Shown: positions 38,964 to 53,568 of the stretch, piece after piece
How positions within the stretch are numbered: position 1 is the stretch's first letter
How the letters are laid out: the number at the start of each line of letters is the position of its first letter
From: the human T2T-CHM13v2.0 reference genome, Homo sapiens
Length of the DNA stretch: 64,000 nucleotides
NCBI RefSeq assembly: GCF_009914755.1
Contig: NC_060929.1
Reading direction: 5' to 3' (one strand)
Program-made: the position numbers and the translations under genes
The notes under the pieces: model-generated
Databases searched by the model: none
Seen by the model: the letters and a program-made list of their open reading frames with translations, nothing else
Told to the model about the DNA's origin: nothing

Positions 38964-41085
38964 TCTCTTTTTTTTTTTAACTTTTTTTTCAGGTTTAGGG
39001 GTACATGTGCAGTTTTGTTATATAGGTAAACTGCGTATCTTGAGAGTTTGGTGTACAGATTATTTTGTTACCCAGGTAATAAGCATAGTATCTGATAGGT
39101 AGTTTTTTGAATTTGTCCCTTCTCCCACCCTCCATCTTCATGTAATCCCCGGTGTCTGTTCCTCTCTCTGTGTCTATGTGCTCTCATTGTTTAGCTCCCA
39201 CTTATAAGTGAGAACATGCTGTATTTGTTTTTTTGTTCCTGCATTAGTTTGCTTAAAATAATGGTTTCCAGCTCCATCCATGTTGCTGTAAAGGACATTA
39301 TCTCATTCTTTTTTATGGCAGCGTAGTATTGCATGGTGTATATGTACTACATTTTCTTTATGCAATCTACCATTGATGAGCTTTTAGGTGTATCCCATGT
39401 CTTTGCTGTTATGAATAGTGCTGCAATGAACATATGCGTGCATATGTCTTTATGGCAGAATGATTTAAATTCCTTTGGGTATATACCCAGTAATGAGATT
39501 GCTGGATCAAATGGTAATTCTGTTTTAAGTTCTTTGAGGAATCACCACACTGATTTCCACAATGGCTGAATTAATTTATATTCCCACCAGCAGTGTGTAA
39601 GTATTCCCTTTTCTCCACAGCCTTGCCAGAATCTCTTATTTTTTGACTTTTTAATAATAGCCATTCTGACTGGTGATAGATGGTATCTCATCGTGGTTTT
39701 GATTTGCATTTATGTCATGATTAGCAACCTTGGGCATTTTTTCATATGCTTATTGGTTGTGTGTGTTTTCTTTTGAAAAGTATCTATTCATGTCATTTGC
39801 CCACTTTTTAATGGGGTTGTTTGTTTTTTGCTTGCAAATTTGTTCAAGCTTCTTATAGGTTATGTATATTAGACTTTTGTTGGGTGCATAGTTTGCAAAT
39901 ATTTTCTTTGATTCTGTAGCTTGTATGTTTGCTCTATCCATAGTTTCTTTTGCTGTGCAAAAGTTCTTTAGTTTAATTAGATTCAACTTGGCAATTTTTT
40001 TGTTGTTGCTGCAGTTGCTTTTGGTATCTTCATCATGTCTTTGCCAGTTCCTATGTCCAGAATGGTATTTTCTAGGTTACTTTCCAGGGATTTTATAAAT
40101 TTAGGTTTGACATTTAAGTATTTAATCTATCTTGCGTTGATTTTTGTGTATGGTGCAAGGAAGGGGTTCATTTTTAAACTTCTGCATATGGCTAGCCAGT
40201 TATCCCAGCCTTGTTTATTGAATAGGGAGTTCTCTTGCTATTGCTCACTTTTGTTGACTTCATCAAAGGTCAGATGGTTGTAGGTGTGTGGCTTTATTTC
40301 TGGCTCTCTATTCTGTTCCATTGGTCTACGTGTCTGTTTTTGTACCAGGACCATGCTGTTTTGGTTACTGTAGTCTTGTAACATAGTTTGAAGTCAGATA
40401 ATGTGATGCCTCCAGCTTTGTTCTTTTTTCTTAGAATTGCTTTGGCTATTTGGGCTCTTTTTTGGTTCCATATGAATTTTAAAATTATTTTTTCTAATTC
40501 TGTGAAGAATGTCCTTGGTAGTTTGGTAGGAATAGCATTGAATCTGTAAACTGCTTTGAGCAATATGGCAATTTAAATAATATTAATTCTTCCTATCCAT
40601 GAGCATGAAATGTGTTTACATTCATTTGTGTCATCTCTAATTTATTTGAGCAGTGTTTTGTATTCTCATTGTAGAGATCTTTCGCCTCTCTGGTTAGCTG
40701 TATTCCTAAGTATTTTATTATTTTTGTGGTTATTGTGAATAGGGTTGCATTCTTGATTTGGCCCTCAGCTTAGATGTTGTTGGTGTATAGGAATGCTACT
40801 TATTTTTGTACATTGATTTTGTATCTTGAAACTTTGCTGAAATTATTTATCAGATCAAGAAGCTTTGGGGATAGAGTCTATAGGGTTTTCTAGGTATGGA
40901 ATCATTTCATCTGCAAGTAGGGATAGTCTGACTTCCTCTCTTCGTATTTGGATGCCTTTTATTTCTTTCTCTTGCCTGATTACTCTGGTCAGGACTTCCT
41001 CTGTTGGAATAGGAGTGATGAGAGAGGGCATTCGCATCTTATTCCAGTTTTCAAGAGGAATGCCTCCACCTTTTACCCATTCAAT
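38964..41085 (-). mobile_element. 5'-truncated L1PA13-16-like element (2.1 kb)
   Basis: Reverse ORF2 remnants (40294-40563 [20 protein letters not shown]...DQWNRIE); T-rich tail; TSD GAA(G/T)ATCTAACTCTC at 38949-38963 and 41086-41100. Confidence 0.93.
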
Positions 41086-41335
41086 GAATATCTAACTCTC
41101 ATAGAGAAAAGAGAAGCCATCAGTTGGGTACTATTTAAAATATTTGAAATAACAAAACCCAAACTAAAAATGATCCATAGAAATAAAACAAATAAGAAAA
41201 ACATCAATGTATCAGTATATTCTCCCATGTTGTTTTACCCTGTTCTCCTGCTTCAGCGGAGGTGGTGTCTTTGTTATTACACACTAAATTCTTCATCTAT
41301 CCTTTGGATCTCATCCCTTCCCATGGTATGAGGTA

Positions 41336-42896
<1,561 letters not shown>

Positions 42897-42899
42897 TAT

Positions 42900-44280
42900 T
42901 TTAATGGTATTCCTCACACCTCTTTCTATTGTATCTTCAATGTCTTTTTCTCTATTAAATTTTTTCTCACTAGCATAACATGCTCTCATCACTTTCTAAG
43001 AAAATCATATTTTTATACATTTACTGCCTCGATCCTCTTATTCACAAACTTTTGGGAGTGTTTTTTCACTCTTGTCTCTCATTCACTCCTTTGCCCACTC
43101 TTACCTTCATCCTCTCTGACCTAAAACTGCTCCAATAAACTGCTACCCTTGAAGAAAATTTTATTTTTGCTAAATCTAGTGAACACTTTACACTTGCCCT
43201 CTCAGCACCTTTTGTTGCAAACATATTTTTAAGTTTACACATATAGCACACATAGTTTAAAAAGCACAGATTTTAAGTGCTTTTTAAGAAGCAGAGTTTA
43301 TATTGCTCAAAAAAGTTTTACAAACTGAATACACCAGCATGGCCACCGCTCAGAAAAATCTATAGAATATTTCCTGTGGCCTGGAAGTCTTCTCCTTGCC
43401 TACTACCAGTCATTTTCTAGAGGTAACCACTGTTTTGACTTCTCTTACCACATATAAACTTTGCTTATTTTAAAAAATAGAACCTTAACTGTATGCACTC
43501 CTCAGTCTAGCTTCTTTGGTTCAACACGTTCAGGGGAGCCATCCATGTTTTTGCAGGGGGCAGTAGTTTTGTTTTCATTTTCATTGTGGAATAATATTAA
43601 ATTGTATGAAAATCCCACAATTTATTTTTGCATTGTGGGTGACTTATGTGGGTTGTTTCCAGTTTTTGGCACTGTGAATAAAACTGCTATAATAGAACCA
43701 GAACATTTGGATAGCCAAAAGTTAAACCTTGACCTCTAACTCATGCCATACTTGTAATCAATTCCAGATGGATCATGAAACATTAAACAATAAAGCTTTG
43801 AGAAACATGAAAAAATATCTTTATGACTTAGAACAGGCAAACATCTCTTAGGTAGGACATAAAATGCACGAATCATAAAAGAGATTGATTATTTAGACTT
43901 ATTAAAATTAAAAAATTTTGTTCCTCAAAGACATCATTGCCGTAGTAAAAGGCAAATCACAGATTGGGGAAATTTTTGCAGTAATAGATCTGAAAAAGAA
44001 CTCATATCTAGAATATAAAAATAACTCATGCAAACCTATGAGGAAAAGATTCTTTTACTTTAAGTGCAAATTGGTGCAACTACATTGGAGATGTCTTAGC
44101 AATACATATCTACTAGAACTGAAAATACGCATATTCTAAGAACCAGCAATGTCATGCCTAGGTAAATACTCAACACCAAAAGATATGTCTCAACCTCATT
44201 TGACACAGTTGAGCACTCAAAAGCCTCTCTTTTCTTGGCCTTTATACTCTTCTTGTTTTCTTCCTATCTACTTGCCATTC
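42900..44280 (+). mobile_element. L2 fragment split by an L1ME (pieces ~42900-43213 and ~44188-44280)
   Basis: tttgctaaatctagtgaacac...cttgccctctcagcacc, resuming atttgacacagttgagcactc. Confidence 0.6.
43215..44188. mobile_element. L1ME 3' fragment with internal inversion (minus ~43215-43692, plus ~43693-44188)
   Basis: A reverse 3'UTR piece abuts a forward piece of the immediately upstream L1 region. Confidence 0.65.
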
Positions 44281-44321
44281 TACCACCAGGGGAAAACCAT
44301 TATTAATATTTCAGCATATAT

Positions 44322-44526
44322 TCAGTAGGATGCTGGTAAATATTTAACTATGACCTCTTTGAAAAAAGCCCCTAATTTGTCACCTTTGCTGACTTCCATG
44401 GTATAAATATTCCCACTGTGGCCTATTTCAAGCTACCAATTTGATATCAACTAGCTTGTAAGATTCCTGAAAAATTTAAAATCAGCTCTTCTGAATAGAT
44501 ATGAGCTGGCTCTTGTATATCACAAT
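44322..44526. mobile_element. MER63A-like hAT-Blackjack element
   Basis: cagtaggatgctggtaaatatttaac...atttcaagctaccaa...cctgaaaaatttaaaatcagctct. Confidence 0.75.
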
Positions 44527-44529
44527 AAA

Positions 44530-45215
44530 CATAGCCAAAAGGTAGTAGTGGTGTAGTTAGGAGATTCTCCAAATTTCTTTATTCCCCAAAGCATTCTGTG
44601 CTGCACTAGTTGTTGTACTTGAGGCAGCACTTGCAGCTGCTTTCTGTAGAGTTTTGTTAGGTATTATACAACGGAGCTGAAAAATTCGTATTGCATAGTG
44701 ACATACCTGTTTTAACACCTTAGTACAACACATTACCTTTTCTATGTTTAGGTGTTTAGATACATAAATACTTACCATTGTGTTACTATTGCTTACAGGT
44801 CACAAACTCTTCTAGGACTTTCTTAAAAACTAGTAGCCATTGAACAAAATAGTCAATGTATCTTTTGAGACATAGCTAGTGCAATGACTGCAGACACTGT
44901 GAAACAAGCTGCTCTGATTATCAATATGATTCTAACAGAAGTACTTTTATGGCAACCAGTAAGGAATGAAGTCCAATCACAATTGCCTCAGTTATGAATT
45001 TCTGCAGCCTGGAATTTGTTTACAACAGCCCAGCATATATGGATATAAAAGAATACAAAGAATCTGAAGGAATTTTCATTCTGTATGGTTCTGTACAAAA
45101 AGAAAAATGAGCAAAGAATAAAAAGCAAGAACCAAGATACTCAATCCAAAATTGACATCCTGTGTAGGACTAACACAATATCAATCCTGACATCAACAGA
45201 TTTTAGGCAGAGTCA
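44530..45215 (-). pseudogene. SCAMP1: 5'-truncated processed pseudogene of SCAMP1 (C-terminal half plus start of 3'UTR); symbol given is the parent gene
   Basis: Manual minus-strand translation gives [55 protein letters not shown], EEFVT and NKTLQKAAASAASSTTTSAAQNA. These are collinear with SCAMP1 [56 protein letters not shown], QEFAT and NKTVQTAAANAASTAASSAAQNA (from recall). Stops at 44988-44990 and 44853-44855, frameshifts, no introns. Confidence 0.88.
44666..44798. mobile_element. Internal Tigger3a/MER7 fragment without termini, inside the SCAMP1 retrocopy
   Basis: Same-orientation homologue of ~46141-46265 (ggagctgaaaaattc...caacacattaccttttctatgtttag...ttaccattgtgttac). Confidence 0.85.
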
Positions 45216-46070
45216 TTTTACCTGACCCAGGTACAGAGAGAAAGACAAGGTAAGATTAAAGCCCCTTTCCCACCCAATACCTACATAAATATTTTAAATT
45301 ATAATATTCCATTGTTTAGATTCAACATAGATTATTTAATTACCTTATATTTATGGATGTTTATTTTCCATCCATTTTACCATTATAAAAATGACTTAAC
45401 ATTATTGGATACGAACATATTTGCACAATTGTCTTTATGTTTCTTAGGATTAATTCCTGGATATAAGACATTGGATTCATATGCTTTCCAGAATTGTCAT
45501 GAAAACATACATTTTCACCACTGATATCACTTCTACCCTCACCAACATTTCTTGTCTCGCCTTTTGAAGGGATTGCTTCTGAACTAAACAACCAAAGACA
45601 AGTCAGAAATTTGGTGACTTCCCTTTTCAGGAAATTTTACTTGATTTCTGTGATGGTTAATTTTGTGTCATCTTGGCTGGACTATAGTACCCAGTTGTTT
45701 GGTCAAACACTAGTTATATGTTGCTGTAAATATATTGTTTAGATATGTTTAACAGTTTCAATCAGTTGACTTTAACTAAAGTAGATTTTCCTTCAGATAT
45801 GGGTGGGCCTCTCCAATCTGTTGAAGGCCCTAAGAGAAAAGACTGAGGTTTCCCAAGGAAGGAATTCTGCTTCCAGACAGCAACGTGGAAACCATGCCTG
45901 GAAAAGCCTTGGGACTCAAAGCTGCAACATGCAGTTCTACTACCTGAATCTCCAGGCTATTGGTTTGCTAGACCCCATAATCACATGAGCCATTTCCTTA
46001 ACATAAATCTGTTCCCTGCCATATATACTTCTAACTTATATATATATGTATATGCATACATGTGCACACA

Positions 46071-46458
46071 CAGAGTCCTATACCACATAGTGACATTCCA
46101 GTCAATGATGAACTACATATATAATGGTGGTCCCAGAAGATTATAATGGAGCTGAAAAATTCATATCACTGGGTAACATAGCTGTTGTAACATCTTAATG
46201 CAACACATTACCTTTTCTATGTTTAGATATATAAATAATTACCATTGTGTTACAATTGCCTACAGTATTCAGTATGGTAACATGCTGTACAGGTCTGTAA
46301 CCTAGAAGCAATAGGCTATACCATATAGCCTAGGTGCATAGTAGGCTATATCATCTAGGCTTGTGTAAGTAAATGCTATGATGCTCACACAACAACGAAA
46401 TCACCTAATGATGCATTTCTCAGAAGGCATACCTGTTATTAAGTGATGTATGACAGTG
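46071..46458. mobile_element. Tigger3a/MER7A
   Basis: cattccagtcaatgatgaactacatatataatggtggtccc...gttattaagtgatgtatgac. Confidence 0.85.
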
Positions 46459-46465
46459 TATGTAT

Positions 46466-46466
<1 letters not shown>

Positions 46467-46521
<55 letters not shown>

Positions 46522-46541
46522 ATAGCTAGCTAGCTAGCTAG
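46467..46541. repeat. Compound tetranucleotide STR (TATC)13-TATA-(TAGC)4
   Basis: Read directly from the sequence. Confidence 0.95.
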
Positions 46542-47468
46542 ATATGTGCATGTGTGTTCTGTTTCTCCAGAGAACCTTAATACAATTTCTAACTTATACA
46601 TTCACCATGGAAACTTAATTCAATTTTTTTTGTATTCTACCCCTTCTGGAAAGGAATAACTAATCTCACTTTTGAGGTTAACTACTCTCTTGGCTTAGAA
46701 GCTCCTTTAAAAGTTGAGTCTCTGCCTTCTTCTTTCTGGTTAAATAATCTCTGTTTCCCTCTTAGAAATCTTATTTTCCACTCCTTTCATTATCTTTGTG
46801 ACTCTCCTTTGAACACTAAGTTCCCCTTGTCCTGTTTTGGTTGTTAAGTTGAGAAAACATATCAGAGAACTCAAAGACCAAGTTATTGCATCGTATTTGT
46901 CATCCTAGGATAATTTACTTGAGAGTTCACTGGATAAGTTGAATCTAATAATCTTGACATGTATAAGATGTCAAGTTAGCTATGACTTCATTTTTGAAGT
47001 TAAGACAGCTTTTAAAGCAATTTTTTGACAGCAATTTTCACAAGAAGCCAGGGGCTATCCAATTGATACTTAAAAAAGCTTAAAACATCATTCCATTGTC
47101 AGATTTATTGCCTAAGAATTTATGTGATGGTTAATTCAAATTATTTTGGAGAAAATAGTATGGTTAATTAAATGGAATTGAGTCATATAGATAAGTACAA
47201 GGAATGTGCTGAGACATCTTCTTTTGATGAGTAACTAACATAGGTCACTTGTCATTGCTTGGTTCTTTGCATTTTGATAGAAATAATGCATTCTCTTCAA
47301 GAATGAATGATTGGAACAGATTCTATTTTGGAGCCTTTATATAATTCTAGTTATGACTAATCACACAACTCTCTCTATTCCTTCTTCACTTTCTTCATTA
47401 TCATTTTCCTCATCAAATTTTATAGTAAGGTTACAGTGAGCAGAGAACCGTTATAGTTATTTCAAATG

Positions 47469-47537
47469 CAAACAAACCAAACCAAGCAAAACCGAAACCA
47501 AAAACAAACCAAAACCAAAATCAAAACCAAAAAACAA
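47469..47537. repeat. Degenerate (CAAAAC)n / A-rich simple repeat
   Basis: Read directly from the sequence. Confidence 0.7.
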
Positions 47538-49777
47538 ATGTAAATGTAAACTATGGTCTTGTTCCTTAAGCAGCATACGATTTCATTAGAGCATAGAACA
47601 GATGGATTTACAAAGAGAACTGTAATACTGGAGTCAATTGAATAAGTTAAATGGTATAAATAATAACTATTACAGGGCTCCAGGAAAGATCAATAAGGCT
47701 CAAATAAAAGAAGACTTAATAAAGATGATGGCATCATAAAGCCAGGAAAAGATGAAAAAGAAGATGCTGTGGACTAAAAGGAAAAGGAAAAGCTGAGGAA
47801 GGGCTCATGAGGTTGAAGTTGTAAAAGCTGTGTTTCTTGGATTTATGGTAACCTTAGGAATATCAGGCTATAAATTATTTTGATGTTGGCATAATTACCT
47901 CTTCCAGGAAGTTTTTTGTGCCAAGTAATAAGAACTGGTACAATACAAGAGGAAAACACAATAGAAAGTATAAATGAAGAGTCTTGGGAGAGAGCCTGGG
48001 CAAAAGAACTTTTTTGCATCTAACTCCTCTGTAGAAAGTAGTGATATACATTCTATCTTATTTCAATATCTCTACCTCAGTAGTTTTGCTTTACTTCCTT
48101 TAGGAAAATGTAAGATTTCTGTTTTGCAAATTCTTTGCTACCCTGGGCATTGTGGAGCTTCTGGGCAGAAGCATTTGACTTGTAACTTTCTGCCTTTCTC
48201 CAATTAATATAGGAATAGCACTTCAGAACTGGCAACATAATGGGGGCCATAGATTTTTTTCTTTTTTTTCTGTTTTTCCTTCAGGAGGTATGCTACTTGA
48301 GTCTATGGTCACATATTTTTATGCTTTCTTTTCCTTAGAAATCTAGGGAGGTCTTTTCAGAGTAGAAAGTTATTTCTAGGATGTAAAATATTTGTTCTCT
48401 ATAATATTATTTTTAGCAAAGGAGTGGAATAACCAAGTAAGTTGTTACTCACTGAAAACTTAACTTGGAACTGGATTTTGTATAATCTCAATAATTTCCA
48501 TATATTTTTTAGGTTATGCACATTAAAACTATTACTAACATTTTTAAGGTGCTCAAATAGTTTGAAAATCTACTCTCTGAATGTGGATAAAATTAAAATA
48601 CATGTTTGCTTTACCAATGTATATATTTACTTAGCTGTTGTGACTTATCATGGTAATAAAAATAACATTTTTTTCTTGAGTTTATTGCTGGGTACTATTG
48701 AAAACTATAATGAAGAGACAAATAAATATACCTTTTTCCCCCTGTGCCACTGTTTTCCAATTACTGATTGATGTATAGGCCTATATTATTTATTTGGCTT
48801 TATTTTTTCAGTCACTAAGCTGAATGACTTCATAAATAAATTTTTAACTCTCATCTCTTAAAATTATAATGACTATGCAAGTGCAGAGAAGTTCAGATGT
48901 TTTCAGTGGAAAAAACAACGCTTTCATTAATATTTTTAATTTAGCTTTAGAGGCAAATATCTGTGTATACCAGAGGACTTCTCTAATTCATGCCTCTCTT
49001 TATTCTATTACTCAATTCCCATTAATAAAAAAGGGGTCTGGGTTAGAGTTTTATTTCTGTCCTGGAGAGTTTCATGACAAAGCACAGCTGAATACCATAA
49101 CACACTTTCCCCAAGCTCCATCAGCCCTTTTCTTTTCATGCATATTTCAGTTTCTACATTCCTAAAAGAAGTACAGTTCCAAAGATATGATGTGTTTTGA
49201 CTCAATTTTGTATTCCCTAAGGCTGGTTTACAAAATATATATATATTTTTTTCTGTTCAATTACTTGCTTTTCTTTTTCCAAGTTCTTTGTTCTTGCTCC
49301 TTTTTTATAGTGTTTTCAACAGGAGTAGAATCCCAACATTAAAAAAAAAAGTTAATCCTATAAATTAAGAACTACTATTGGCTAAAATATGACTCTGGAA
49401 TTACAATTAAATATTAAAAATAAATTCTTACATGTTCTAGATTGCTTCTGCCTATCTCTGATATCAGTGTTATAATGAAGTGCTCTGTATTTCTCCAGAA
49501 ATAAGACTGAATTAAATTCTGCTAAATCTGTTATATATGATATATATTCTTTTTAGCAACACATTTCTAATATTTTGCCCTTGTTCACCTTAATTTTAGG
49601 AACTTTGTTATAGATGGGATACAATTTTATTAAAATAGTTATATATCTTGTTTTCTTATTTTTATAGGAAATTTAATGCAAAAGAAATTAATTTTTTTAC
49701 CCTTTTCAAGAAGGGGTAAAACCTTGGTGGGTCTGTCTGTGTTCCTTGTCTTAAAGATTTATTAAAAACTTCTGCTT

Positions 49778-50198
<421 letters not shown>

Positions 50199-50522
50199 TT
50201 AAGGTTGTGGAGGAGAAGAGAGAGGGAGAGATATGGAGACGGTATCTGAGACTAGGAAGGAGACAAGGGTTTGGAGGGTTTTCATAAGTGGCATAGATCT
50301 AGACCCTGTGTGCCACATGGTCCCACTGGGCTGATGGCTGAAGGGCGGCTATAGTCCCCAAGGTAGGCCATTGAAGACTGTAGCAGGTTCTGTGGCTGAG
50401 CCTGTTTTCAGTAGAGGAAAGCATGATGGTGGCCTCTGAGGGCATCCAGAGTAGCAGCGTCTGAGAGATGGTAGAGAGTAGGGGCTGACGGTGGCATCAC
50501 AGTGGAAAATGACAGTTGTGGC

Positions 50523-51006
50523 TGTGGGAATCAGAATATGGCTTGTCAAAAATGTCCATGTCCCAATCCCAGAAACTTGTAAATATGTTACCTTATATGG
50601 CATAGGGACTTGGCAGATGTGATTTGATTAAGAATCTTGAGTTGGGGAGATTAACTCAGATTATCTGGGTGGGCCTAATGTAATCATAACAATCCTAGTA
50701 AAAGAAAGAGGGAGGCAGAAGGGTCAGAGGAGAAGATATGAGGATGGAAGCAAAGGTTGGAGTGATACGGCTGCTGGCTTTGAAGATAGAAGAGGGCCAT
50801 GAGCCAAGGAATGTGAGAAATCTCTAGATTCTGTGAAAGACAAGGAAATGGATTCTTCCCTGGAGTCTCCAGAAGGAATATAGACTTGCCAATACCTTGA
50901 TTTTAGCCCCATGCAATCCACTGCAGACTTCTGGCTCCAGAAATGTGAGATAATAAATTTGTGTTGTTATAAGTCACTATGTTTGTAGCAGTAGGAAATT
51001 AATACA
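50523..51006 (+). mobile_element. MLT1D-like solo LTR
   Basis: tgtgggaatcagaatatggc...aggaaattaataca; TSD GTGGC/GTTGC. Confidence 0.88.
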
Positions 51007-52897
51007 GTTGCCACAATGGACTAATAGTCAGACTCTTCCCTCATTTTTCAGGTTCCCAGAGGTTAAGTTTACATTTGCCCTAGGGGAAAGAGGAGTTCCC
51101 ATCCCCACCAAAAGTCCAAACCCAAACCCCAAAACCCTCCAAAATACTATCATCAGAGATACTATCATCAGAGATCTTATCATTCTAATGACAGGCACTT
51201 AGAGCCAGATATAATTTTATTAAAGAAAATAAAGTGATGTTTTGTGCAACATATTATGACTCATATATACATCATATATGCATGCTTACTTTTTTACTTT
51301 GATTCACTGTGATTCAAAACAAGTATCATATGATATACCTAAAGACTGAATTCTTATTTCCTTAAAAACTTGTCTATGTAACAAGTGTAACCCATATGTA
51401 CTGGTAAGGAACATCTGAGTAATTACAATGTTGATACTTCTAACAGGTGAAGCCATAACCTTAGAGGCAGAAAGTCCTCTTGTACAATTGCTACAAGGTA
51501 TTTGAAATGGGAAAACAGTAAGGGCAAAATGGAGAGGGAAGTCTTTTCAAAGCACATCTGGAGGCTAATTGAAGAACATACAATAGCTGAAAAAAATAGT
51601 TATTTCTCTTACCAGGGAGGGAGAATTATTATTTTCCCCGTCCAGGAGTAATAAATTGTAGTAAGGGTGGGAAGGTTTAGAGGCAGTAAGAGGCAGAGGG
51701 GCACTTGTAACAAAAGTGGCAGTAGCACACGTTTGGCAGTTTGTCAAGAGCCCTTTGAATTGAATAACTTCAGTTCAAAGGAAGCCCAGGCTATGAAACA
51801 AGTGCTGAGGTGCATACTGTTTCTGAAGAAAATAGCTCAGAGAAAAAGTTTTAGGAGACAATGGGTTAGCAAAAATTAGGATCATGCACAGGACGACAAA
51901 GAAGTAACAGTAAGACTTAGGCACAGTGTTTGTACCTGTGATAACCACTAAGTGAAAAAACAGACCTGTAGGAACAAAATCCTGAAAGTTATAATTCAGC
52001 AAGAATATTTTGTTAAGCTCTGATATTACAGATGATGGTTTTCTCTCTTTTTCAAATGTTCTGAAAGTGGTCATATAGTTCTTAAAATTAAAAAAAGTTG
52101 ATTGGGAAAAATGTCTTTCAGAAGACAGCTGCTCTTTCTTCTATTTCTCTGCCTTCTTCCCTCCATCAATGAAGTCTTTACAGCCAGTTACCAAGCTGCT
52201 GAATCTGCGTTTAGCTTGTCAGATGGAGTCTTTTCTGGAGAGAAGCTCATTTCAGCAGACTCAGACTGTGCAGCATGAGACCCACAGAATCCTCTGTGTG
52301 GACATTATCAGATGCTTATTGGTGTGTTTTGCCAAATCGGCCTAGGCATTTGCAAATATCCAAGCTGTGCTTCCCACTCTCAAATGTCTGGTGGAATGAC
52401 AGGATGTAGGAAAGTGATGCAGAAGTTTAACAGCAATTAGCACAAATCTCTGTGGGCTGTTGTTACCCAGCAGGATGCAGAGCAAGAGCAGCTGGGACAT
52501 TTTAATTCATTTTAAAAGCTGGACTCTTTCCCAAATGGATAATGTTGGGGTCATAGCTGATCTCTAGAGAGACAGTGTAGTAGGGCAGGTAAACTTCAAG
52601 AGACTATGAGGAGGGGAGCCTCACACTGCCTTTATATCCCTTTCCTTCCTGAATGCTTCCCCACTTGCTCATTCCCTGGAACTCCAGGGGTAGTGAGAAC
52701 CCAAGGCCTTAAAGGAATTCCTAGAGATACTCTTACACTTCAGGCTTTTCAAGTGAGCAAATGAGTAAGACTTGGTTGGCAATGTGTATATATCCATGAC
52801 TTTATATTTTTATTTGGATTAAGTGACTAAATAAAATCTCACTTACAATTTTGTCCCTACAGATCTAGTTTGATGATTGGCCTGAGCCATCTCTTAC

Positions 52898-53420
52898 CTT
52901 AAGGAGCCATTGTGCTATGTCCAGCTATATTATGATATATAGCATCCTGTCCAAGGGTGCCATAACTCATTGGTGTGCTGTTGGAGAAAAATGCTTTTTA
53001 TTTCCCTCATCCCATTTGATCCTCCATGTTCTTACTCACGTTGGGGATGGGAATCATTCAGTGTAATAACATATCAATGTTGTGCAAGATGAGGCAATCT
53101 ATTAAGCAAGAGAGAGGTTTGTATTTTTTGTAGATGCCACTTTCAAAAAATCCATGGGTAGAGCCATAGAGCCAGGAGTGCAAGTATTACGACAGAGGCA
53201 GCGCGAGGACAAAGGCTCTGGGACCAAAAACTTGGTGAGAGGGATATCCAGGCTGACTTGGCATTGGTTTTGTATCAACTAATACGCAACTTGAGAAAAG
53301 TAGAGTTATGTATTTAACTTTAACCTTATTACTTACATCTTGTGTCTGATAGCTGCTAGTAAGATTTTGACCTTTTTGATACGAAGCTGGACCCATAGCC
53401 TCTTCTGTATGTTTGGTGCT
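52898..53420 (-). other. Candidate small exons 53337-53420, 53040-53098 and 52898-52977
   Basis: Minus-strand acceptor/donor pairs: ttttaaccag..GAT|gtaagt; ctctctcttgcttaatag..AAC|gtgagt; tttttctccaacag..AAG|gtaaga. Splice signals only, no transcript evidence. Confidence 0.3.
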
Positions 53421-53568
53421 CTGGTTAAAATGTGTAATGTCGAGAAAGAGTAGCTTCCCCTAGATGGATTCAGGGGACAGAGTTATAGGGAGATGTGATA
53501 GGGAGTTATAGGGAAGAGCTCTTTCTTGCTGCTTTGCTGAAGAACTTATGAAGCTGACTCACAAGTCA

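Larger units (their letters stand above)
45649..46584 (+). mobile_element. MLT2C/D-like solo LTR containing Tigger3a and an STR
   Basis: tgtgatggttaattt...gagaaccttaataca; TSD ATTTC at 45644-45648 and 46585-46589. Confidence 0.88.
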
